From: Azolla caroliniana
Lineage: Eukaryota; Plantae; Polypodiophyta
DNA length: 64,000 bases
Assembly (NCBI GenBank): GCA_043228905.1
Contig: JBHGNT010000015.1
Coordinates: forward strand, 10,478,001-10,542,000
Direction of reading: 5' to 3'
This document shows, piece after piece, positions 10,501-20,000 of this stretch. The notes beneath the pieces were generated by a model. That model saw only the letters and a list, made by a program, of their open reading frames with translations, did not search any database and was not told the origin of the DNA. Each line of letters starts with the position of its first letter. The stretch's first letter is position 1. Position numbers and translations under genes: made by a program.

Positions 10501-13500
10501 ATGTCTTCCAAGAGAGTCGAGCGCGAGGAGTCCAGGTAGGCCTCTGACACTGTGGACATTTTTGTAAATATGTTTCGTTTCCCGAAAAACTCGATACGGC
10601 GTATCGAGTTCATGTATACAATACAAATATTTATACACGAACTCGATACGGCGTATCGAGTTCGTGTGTAAATATTTGTATTGTATACACGAACTCGATA
10701 CGCCGTATCGAGTTCGTGTTTAAAGTATACGTTTTAAACACGAACTCGATACGCCGTATCGAGTTCGTGTTTAAAAGGTAAGTTTTAAACACGAACTCGA
10801 TACGCCGTATCGAGTTCGTGTTTAAAAGGTAAGTTTTAAACACGAACTCGATACGCCGTATCGAGTTCGTGTTTAAAGTATAGGTTTTAAACACGAACTC
10901 GATACGGCGTATCGAGTTCGTGTTTAAAGTGTAGCCTTTGAGAGAGAAAAATCGTTTACGGGGTGGAAATGTTATCAAATTGTCTGTCAAAATCAGTCTT
11001 TCTATGTTGAGTTTACTTACTTCTAAACAAATACAAGCTCTAATTATAGGTGTTTTTTGACCTACTTTAGCTTAAAATAGTAGAAAATGATCTACAAATT
11101 GCATTCACTATGGCAAATTCTCATCAATATAGGTTTAGAATCTATATAAGTCATATCTACTATTTAAAAGAATATATAACCCGTTTTACTTATTACGATA
11201 TATATTTTCTAGGTTGAATAGCCATGCCTACAATAGATTTTTGAATATGTTACTGCTCCTAGAAACTGTTCTTCATTATAATAACAACTTCAATCTACGT
11301 AACTGTCTAACTTATGTTTTTGCATATACTTTCTTAAATAGGTCGTTTGAGAATCTGTCAGACCGACCCGTGAAGAAAATTAAGCTTCGCATACAAGGTT
11401 CTCCAATCGAAGCCCAGACCAAGGTAACTCCGGAGTCCATAAAGAGAGGAAAAAAGCTTCTATTTAACGAAGAGACAAAATCTCAGCCCCATAGTGATGT
11501 AAGCCAAAAGAAAATTGTCGCCGCTACTGGAGGCGAAGACCTTCCTGACCGAGATCTAACGGACAAGGAATGGTGTATGCAATATATCGACTCAAAGAAA
11601 AAAGTCGTATTGTATACAGCAAAGAAGAAGGGTGAGGGGCAGCTAGGAAAAGAAACTCCATTTATGTATGGCCGAATTCTACGATTTGACTACGAAGATG
11701 CAGATTCGGCCAACATACTGGTAATGATAGAGTGCTCCAAGGGGGTACGCAAAGTGTTCCTTTCAGAAGACCTTTTAGTAAAGGAATCTTGTGGGCCTGA
11801 AGTGTTCAAAAAAGCACTTGATAACTCACAAAACCTGATTGTTACCTTGAGGCCTTATATACAAGGCCATGTAACTCTACGAGATGAAGAGCCCTCCCAC
11901 TTGAAGGCCACTAAAAAGGTATCCAAAGTCCAGTCAAGACCAGCCAAGAAGAAGACAACGAAAATGTCGGATACGGATTCGACAAGTGACAATGAAGAAG
12001 AGGATAATAAGGGGACGCCAGGAGCTGAGCTGGCCTCGGGTGTTTTGTCATCCGAGCAGAATAAAATAAGAAGAGAGTTAATGCAACGGAAGCTGGTCAG
12101 GAAAGGGCAAGTATTTAATTTGCATATAACACACATCCATCGGCCCCCTATTGATGAAAAAACAGGTCGAAGACCACTTGAGATTAGAGAGCCTCATCGC
12201 ATGCATGTTCAAAATCTCAAGAAAAAAATGAAAATTAATCCTCATGCCACAGTGGTGCCTTTTATTGTTATGGTGGATCCTGAAGAATGTGAAACCATTG
12301 AAGATTTTGATATCAGAAAGCATGATCAATATAATTATTTTGTCATTGGTGGATCGCATTCAGCAGAGGCACGTCGACAACTTGTCAGAGAACATCCAAC
12401 CACTTTCTTCTTCAAGTATGCCGAGTGCAAAATATATGTTGGGCTCACAACCGAAGAGGCTAAGCTGTTGGCATGGGACCATAATAATGATAATGACTAT
12501 AGGCAGAAAATGTCGTCTATTGAGCGAATCCGGTTCTTCCACCACGAGTATTTAGATGTGAAACAAAAGTTTGGTGTGAAGTTACATCCAGGCCTTCGAC
12601 GTCAATGTCTGCATGAAGTCGGCATTGTGGTAGATGATAATGTTAGGTCCGATGGTCTTCGAAAGTATGAATCTTGGTTTCAATTGGCGTTCAGAGATGG
12701 AGAAGTATGGGACCTCCAAGATCAAATCTTCTCAATGTGGGAGAATAAGGAGGTAAAGGGTCAACGACAAAAGAAATGTAGGGTTGACCCTCAACTAGAA
12801 TTAAAGTCACAAGCCGCCAAGAGAATTGACTTGACAATTGAAGAAGCGGCAGACGACATGAAGCTGTCTCTATGGAGAGCGATGCAAGGTATTAAGGACG
12901 AGCAGCTTCTTGTGTCCGTTTTGTCAAGGGTTGTGGCGAAAGATTTAAGCCTTGAAGAAATGGTCACCGAGTTCAATAAGTAAGTCTTTCAAATACTGAA
13001 ATTGTAGTCTATCTGGTGTAATTCAAAGTTCTAATCTTGATTTCTAATTTTACAGTCATAAGGTGTACATGAAGATCCAAGAAGTAATGATGAAACAACT
13101 TGGATGTATAACTTGGGAACAAGTGACCGAGGATTATCCTCTAACGTCTTCGTATAAGGCGTTATCAGAGTATTTTATTGCATTCAAGGATTGGGTTAGT
13201 ATTGATATTTTTTCATTACCCTTTCATCATATGTAGAGGTTGCGTAATAATACCTGATGTCCTATTGCTTCTATTAGAAACCGTGTCGAGGCAAGAAACA
13301 AGGAGAAGTTAAGGATATACACGATTTCCCTACATCCTTCCTTGCACATCTCGAGCGAGCTAGAAAAGAAAAGGATCGTCGCTTAGTCAAGGCGTACGAA
13401 ATGGAGGAAGATGGCTCGTTTAAAAAATTTAGCCACAAGAAAGATATTACGAGAGATCTTTACTACAATGTGGTTTGCGGTGATGTCATCGACTTGATCC

Positions 13501-14567
13501 AGAAGGTGCCAAAGAAGGAATATACGCTAATGATTGCGGATATTCCTTACGGATTTCGAATGGCTGGGTCATCATACGACGATGAACCGTTTAGGTTTAA
13601 ACAATTGGAGAAGATGGTCAAGGATTTCGCTGAGCTAACGACCGCATCCTTGTGGCGAATAGTTGTCTTTCATAGTATGGACCAAGGGTACTCGGTAGCT
13701 CAAGCTTTGAGATCTCGTTGCCATGGCATCGAGAACCTTGCATGGTAAGGATTATTTATAGGTGTCTTTCATTATATAGCAATTCTTAAGGTTGTTGAAT
13801 CTATTTTTAACTCGATGAATTATTTTTTATAGGATCAAGACCAATGTAAATAGAGGGCCAACTTTTCGGTTCGTTAATGCCATTGAATACATAACGGTTG
13901 GCTACTTCGATGAAATTAAAAAACAGAGAATCAAAGAGCATTCTAATGAAGTGGGAGGTTCAAATCTGTTGGTATATCCAGCAGTGACTCGGAAATTGCG
14001 ACATGTCACCACGACAGAACGGGGACTTGTCAACCCATACCAAAAACCTCAACGACTTATGATGCGCTTGATCGAGATGTTTTCTGTCGAAGGAGACTGG
14101 ATATTAGATCTCTTTTCTGGCACAGGTATTCCTCGAACTAGGGTAACGATCTTGAGATAACCAATCCCTTTTTTTTCGTTTGACAACTAAATCTTCTTGT
14201 TACTTACATCACAGGAACTACGTCAGCATGTGCATTGAAGCTGTTTAGGAATACAGTTGCATTGGAGAAGGACGAGGACCAAGTTATATTTATTAATATG
14301 CGGATTAAGGCTTTGTGGGAGTGCCCAGACCAGGATGAGGAGGTCGGTGCAAAGAACCTCGCCAATACAGAAAGGTTTCAACCCGCTTCGCGAGAGCCTA
14401 TTCCTCCGTTAGCCGGCGAACCGGGAGAGCTAATAGAGCTTGATGATGAGCTTATAGAAGATATTTCGTTGGCCCGGCTAACAGGGGAAACCAATGCACG
14501 TATAGCCGAAGACAGTTCTACACAAGATGATGAAGAAAATGACGTAGATGAATTGATTGCTATGTAA
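10501..14567 (+). CDS. 974-aa ParB/Srx-like domain + beta-class N6A/N4C DNA methyltransferase; exons 10501-10535, 11342-12979, 13056-13194, 13278-13744, 13833-14125, 14215-14567
   Basis: All five introns are GT-AG and phase-compatible; 2925 nt, no internal stop. ParB-like: IREP..HVQNLKKKM..PFIVMV..YFVIGGSHSAEA..EAKLLAWDHN. Methyltransferase: GDVIDLI..LMIADIPYG (motif IV), WIKTN, EYI, NPYQKP..LM..LI, GDWILDLFSGTGTT (motif I), R...ALEKD. Exon 1 is the least certain. Confidence 0.85.
10588..10928. repeat. Array of 7 tandem DNA palindromes, 51-52 bp period
   Basis: Core AACTCGATACG(C/G)CGTATCGAGTT at ~10588, 10640, 10692, 10743, 10794, 10845, 10896. Best units are 45-bp perfect inverted repeats with a 1-nt centre. 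Confidence 0.95.
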
Positions 14568-14962
14568 TAGACTCTATAAAGAATATGACACTGACGATTT
14601 GTTAAGATTTCACATTATTAATACAAATTTTGGGTTTTACCTGGTGGATTCTATTCTTTATAATCATCTATATGTTTCAATTTTATTTTTATATACCTCA
14701 TTAGTAGATTTATGATATTGGTTTCACCGCGTGCATAGCTGACTACCAAACTTATGGAGAAACATGAACTAGCTTAAATGGAGGCTGATTTTGGTCCAAG
14801 CTAACCTTAACAGAACATGGCCCTATAATTATTGCCATGACTGTCCATGTTGTTATTATGGATCTTTGTCTTATATTGTTAAAACAGGTCTAGTTTCTAT
14901 TCCATTGCTGCTTAGATTGTGTAGTGTGTTGATAATGGTTCCAGTTGCGTTATCGTTCGGAG

Positions 14963-15247
14963 TTTGATCTTGTGTGAATCACCTAAGCAATAGAGTAGAT
15001 CAATTTTAAATATAGGTATGAAAGCCTAATAGGTTTGTTATTTCCACGACATTATCCTAAAGTTCACTGCCTTACATTGTGCACAATTATATACACATAT
15101 GGTTTGATCCCATATGAACAAACTGAGGAATAGATTAGATCAACTTTTAATATAAGTATTGAATACTTTAATAAGTTAGTTATTCCAATCACTTATCCTA
15201 ATGTGCACTATCCTACATTTTCGACAATTACATACATGCACGTATGG
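14963..15247. repeat. Diverged ~140-bp tandem duplication in the right subterminal region of the Sola-like element
   Basis: Both units run TTTGATC...AATAGA(G/T)TAGATCAA...TTATCCTAA...ACAATTA...TATGG (14963-15102, 15103-15247). Confidence 0.7.
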
Positions 15248-16165
15248 GTCAAAGTATAAATTATATCTCATTTTATTAGTATGGATACAAGTACACCTCA
15301 TAATTTTGTAAAACCTACCTAATTAATATAAGTCTTTAAGTTAGTGTTTCCCTTGTCGCACAATAGTGCCATATTGAGCCATAGTTGAACTTTATTTAGA
15401 TACATTAACTTATCAACATGTCTAAACTTGCATGATTTCTAATGATCTCCACTCGTAGATCTATCATGTATTTTTATATTTGCAAATTCTTATCAAGTTG
15501 AGGAACATGTGATACTAGTGCATCCAATTATTGTAGAGAGGGTGTATTTGCTTCGTTTTAAGAAGATTCTACAAGTGGAATGCGCAATCCTTCCACTTGT
15601 GAACGCGAACGTGTTTTTAGAAGAGATTATTGCAGAGGATGATGTTATTGAATACTGATACTTGGACAAGTGTTTTTTTTTGGAATATTATGGCTTGGGA
15701 CAATTATGACGATCAATTATTGGAATAGTTAACATTTTTGGAATAGTCAATTTTTTCTCGTTGTTTTTCTTTAATTATCTATTAGTTAAATTTGCCTTGC
15801 ATTTCTCATTTTACGTTTTTTTTGTTGTTTTTCTCTAAGCCTGGTAACCATTCTACATTTGGAGCATATTGGAGGGGGATTGTTCAATGATAAATTGTAA
15901 TGGAATTGTGTTATGAAGTTCAATGATAAATTGTAATAGAATTGTGTAATGAAGTTCACAAACCGGTTTACAAGCTGGTTCATAAACCGGTTTGGGATAA
16001 CCCGGTTTACCCTAAACCGGTTTAGGGATCGGTTTGGTTTGGTTTGGTTCAGGTTTGAAAACCCCTAAACGGTTTAGGCTTAGCCAGTTTGGCTTGGATA
16101 ATGCCAAACCGGCTAAGCCTAAACCGAACCGTTGCCGATCCCTATAATAGTACTTACATTCTACA

Positions 16166-16262
16166 TACTACTATTACTATTACTATTACTACTACTACTA
16201 CTACTACTCTCTCTCTCTCTCTCTCTCTGGTTTCTTTTCTCCGTTGGAAGCGGGCGGTTGTT

Positions 16263-16298
<36 letters not shown>

Positions 16299-16486
16299 GT
16301 TGATTTGCCACCTCCGCCTGAAGCATTTAGTGTGTGTGTGTGTGTGTGTCATTGTTGCAGCTTCGTCTCGCCATTCTCCTCAACCTCCACAAACAATTCC
16401 CTTCCCTTCCTATCCCTTCCCTTCTGTTCTATGTACATACATACATATATACACACACACACACTCTCTCTCTCTCTCTCTCTCTG
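16166..16486. repeat. Microsatellite cluster (TAC/TAT, CT, AG, GT, AC) in the host gene promoter/5' UTR region
   Basis: Directly visible simple repeats. Confidence 0.9.
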
Positions 16487-17014
16487 ACTCGCTTCATCCC
16501 ATCAGTATATCTAATCATCCAACCGCCTCGTTTATCCCTTCTTCTTCATCCATTCCTCATCATCATCATCTTCTTCTTCTTGATTTCTTCTTTCTTCTCT
16601 ACGTCTTTTATCTTCCTTCAGTAAAGAAGGTGAGGTGAGGGTTCTTTCTTGCTAATCCTACAAGTTGGAGCTCTCATCTTGTTCGATCCATTTTCTGCAA
16701 ACACGAGATCACGCCACGTCAAGATCATCACAACAACCCCTTCATTCCATTTCATGCTCCTTTTCTGTCACCTCTCTCTCTCGAGAGAGAGATTTTCAAC
16801 ACCATGCATTGCAGAGTTCATATCCTTGCCGGAAAGAATGTGACCAGTTTGAGCACAAGTTTCATCTGTTCAGAAAATCAGATGGAAAGAAGATCTTCAG
16901 CCTAGTCAAGTAAGGCGATCTTTGCGAAGGTTTTCTTTGTAAAAGAAAGATTTCACGAAGACAATCAAAGGAGAATCTGTGTCAGGTTTGAAACATAAAA
17001 CCAAGAAGAAAGAA

Positions 17015-20000
17015 ATGGAGGAGCAGGAGTCGTCTAACGAAGATGTGGCCATACCAGAGGACATAGAGAAGCGATTTCAACATCTAGTTAACGAGGTATT
17101 CACATTTTATACTGTGCAATTATAGGTCTAAAATGGTTAACAAAATCTAGATATTGAAACATTCCAATTTCCAAGTATGAAAATCAAAGATTAGACATTG
17201 AAACACTCCTTGTCTTTGAAATTGAATGATAAATCTGAAATGACGATCAAAGAATAGACATTGAAACACCCCTTGTATTTAGATTCTTTACAACCAACTT
17301 TTATTATCAATTACATAGAAAAGCTTGTATATTGCAAGGTTCTTTGCACTGGTATTAAAATACACATGCTATTTTTGGATGCTTAATCCAGTAGTCTTGT
17401 AAGAGAAAGAACTATGATTGATGAAATAGTGGCTGCATGCCTAGACTGTTCAAGCCTCAAGGATGGACAACATGGGATCATTCAGATGTATTAAGTTATT
17501 GGAATTTTTGTGATTGTATGCATATAGATTGCACCCATTTGCATTTTGCATGTACTTATGCTTACACACACATTTGTATGCCCTTAGGATAGATGCAAAC
17601 TTTATTCCTTGAGTTTTATGAAGGACGTGGGTTTTTGTGATTATGTATGAAAGTTACTGAGGCTTTCTTGTGTTCTTATCTGCAGTGGTCCAATTTCCAG
17701 CAGCGAGCTGGGTTTTCAGTACCTAAAAGAGAATCTCTATGTAGCAATCTTGTAAGCCATCTCCAACCTTTTCTTATACTAACATCTCCTTCTCTGTGTT
17801 ATATATATAGCCACGAGACTTTTTAGCAAGATGCATCTTAATGCTCCATTATGAAAACGTTTCTCACTGTTGTAATTGTAAAGAAAAATGAGAAATACCT
17901 GCTTCATATCACAACACCATTTTAAAGTCTTAGACATTTTGTTTGTTTCATGTGTTCTTTCCCATTTATCCAACACGATCCCCCCTCACATATCTGTAAT
18001 ATATAGCTGATTGAAATGCTTTGCTTGATGGAAAGTAGAAACCAGATTCCAATGCCGAGAACAGAGTTCTTTGAACTCTTTTGAAAAGTCATCACTTAAT
18101 TGCAATTTCCTCTTCATTCCATTGCACACCAAGAAGTGAAGCTTTCACACCAATACCAGTGAGCTCAAACTGATAGTTTTTCACTTGGCTGTACAAAGAT
18201 ATGTTTTTCTATGTAAAGTCCCAATTGACAGGGGTCTATCTGTCAATAACTAATGGAAGCGACTTGAGAATGATCTTCCTAGGTGTGAAGCTCCTACGGA
18301 ATGTGCGTTATTGATAAATTATCATGCAAAACTGAACCCAGTGATATGTTACTGATCAGCGGGTGGGAGTCCAACCCTATTGGATCGATACCACACATTC
18401 TAAGGATCTTATGCCTGACCACTGATTGCCAAAACAAGATTGGAACATAGGATGCAAGCTACAAAAACGAATGAGAGCAAAATCTTCTCATTTGTTGGGT
18501 GACATTGTGACATGGTTTAAAAGGTGGGGGGTAAAAGTTCTATTGGAGTTCTTAGGTGATTCTATGAAGTATGTGATCATTGAGAATAGATTAATAGAGG
18601 CACTAAGGATGAAGTGGCAAGATGCTAAATTGTAAAATTTGGAATATTACATTGCAAATGTTAACCTCCAATGTTGGCACCAATATGACATAAAAATGCC
18701 AGAACATATCCACCACGTCTTACCACCGCCATGAGCTTTGGCTCTTGGACAGCTTTAGCATCTCTCTGAACATGCTCATGTAAGTTATATGTCGAGGTTG
18801 CATCATGGCATCATCACCCTAGTATGGAGATATGCAAGGTATGCACTGAAAACCTAGTAAGCATGAATATTGTTTACTTCTTGTGTGCTCAACTTGTAAG
18901 GTAATTAACGAGAAGTTTGATGACTTATTAGAAGGCATAATAATTTAAATTTCATAGTCAAATCTCCAGCAAGAGTAGTGAGCACTTATGTACGTGCATT
19001 TTTTTCACATAAGAGAGCTTTTACTATAGAGTAGTAACCATCCTTCTTGGAAGAGGAAAAGGTAGACAACACACGCTCCTACGCATACCTAGGAGTAACA
19101 TTTAAAGGGCCATGGTTCTCTTAACATGAGGCTGCTTGTGCCTGACCTTCTCGTGGATATGCAGTGTGCCTAGTTGATGTCATGATTCATCATGACGCAT
19201 TAGACAATACACACAATTTTTGCATTACATGAACCAAATGCTACATATTGCTAAGGAGAATGTTAAGGTTGCTCAAGGGTGTGCCTGATTTTATGTCTAT
19301 CATAATAGACGTCCTCGTTTGTTTGTTGTTGGTCAAAAGTTTTCCTACGTGTATGTAGCAACTCTAAGTCATTATCTACAGGCAAGTGCACTAAGTTTTC
19401 CCGATGATATTGTGGCCCCGTCGATATCTTGATTTGAGTGGGATCATTTTCCCATCATCAACGTTATTGTCTAAACCTATTTTTAGGCTCTCGTGATAAC
19501 CATCACAATAAATGGTCTTGTAACATCGGAGTATTTGTCTTACAGCCCAATGTTCTAGAACAATTTCTCACGAATAGTTGCATCAACTCGGCACCAAATG
19601 GATGGATAAACCTATTGATGATGCCACCATGGAATGAGAGCAAACTCTTAAGGCACAATTTCCTCATTTTTACAGTGTAAGAGTGCAACGTTTTGAAGCA
19701 AGGGAGTATGGTATGTATGCATAATTTAGGTGAGGGTAGGTTGTGAATATTTACAAAACATAAGTAAAGGTATGTTCGCTAACGTTAGAAAAGAACTAAT
19801 GTGATTGTATAGAATGGTAGTTCGTGCATTATCATGATCTTGACAACTAGCAGATGGAGAAGAGTCTTCTAGAAAAAGCACATCTGGGCCTAGGAGGAAG
19901 TATAAATATGAGGCCTAGTTAGAAGGCTAACGTCTTGAGACAGTACTGGTGCGGACTAGGATTTCATCACGTCAATCATGTTACCTCTTCCAAAGAAGTA

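Larger units (their letters stand above)
6539..15615. mobile_element. Intact 9077-bp TIR DNA transposon (Sola-like) carrying a transposase and a ParB-like/DNA methyltransferase gene
   Basis: 36-bp TIRs AACACGTTCGCGTTCACAAGTGGAAGGAT(C/T)GCGCAT at 6539-6574 and 15580-15615, one mismatch. 4-bp TSD TTTA (6535-6538, 15616-15619). Excision restores the hAT reading frame. Two undisrupted divergent genes inside. Confidence 0.92.
3468..15658 (+). pseudogene. hAT transposase interrupted by two transposon insertions; coding segments ~3468-4387, 5058-5561, 5639-5905, ~6299-6538, 15620-15658
   Basis: BED finger (CAYC...STSSITKHLLDKH), ITFDRWT, TTSDGAS, RCMVH, TRWNS, DPR, PLHWW and the dimerization motif DYLAIPVSSVPSE. 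Removing each insertion plus one TSD restores the frame (HSIRTS/KVSRA; NINL/EEIIAEDDVIEY*). Confidence 0.88.
2008..16144 (+). mobile_element. hAT-superfamily DNA transposon with three nested insertions
   Basis: 16-bp TIRs TAGGGATCGACAACGG (2008-2023) and CCGTTGCCGATCCCTA (16129-16144), one mismatch. Dense GGCTT/AAGCC/AAACC subterminal repeats at both ends. Internal hAT transposase. The 8-bp flanks (TGTACTTG, TAATAGTA) do not match. Confidence 0.88.

Noticed and set aside
10588-10928. CRISPR array
   Set aside because: Linkers are short and near-identical rather than unique spacers, there are no cas genes, and the context is a eukaryotic intron.
10307-10990. ORFs 10307-10567, 10377-10613 and 10631-10990
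   Set aside because: They are translations of the 9-bp and 51-bp tandem repeats.
11214-11341. N-terminus of the 589-aa ORF as listed
   Set aside because: Starts at TTG in AT-rich intron-like sequence. An AG acceptor at 11340-11341 is in phase with the ATG exon at 10501.
10501-14567. Bacterial contamination or prophage explaining the methyltransferase
   Set aside because: The gene has five spliceosomal introns and lies in a TIR element whose TSD interrupts a plant hAT in frame.
10501-14567. C5-cytosine methyltransferase (MET1/CMT/DRM) or METTL3/MT-A70 family
   Set aside because: No PC catalytic motif or ENV motif, and no DPPW. The DIPY...QKP...DLFSGTG order fits the N6_N4 beta class.
6539-15615. 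CACTA, Mutator, PIF/Harbinger or Helitron classification
   Set aside because: No CACTA ends or 3-bp TSD, no 9-bp TSD, no Myb/SANT partner gene, and no Rep/helicase motifs.
16089-16638. ORFs over the microsatellite region (also 2809-3143 and 4557-4979)
   Set aside because: Low-complexity translations of CT/AG/TAC repeats.
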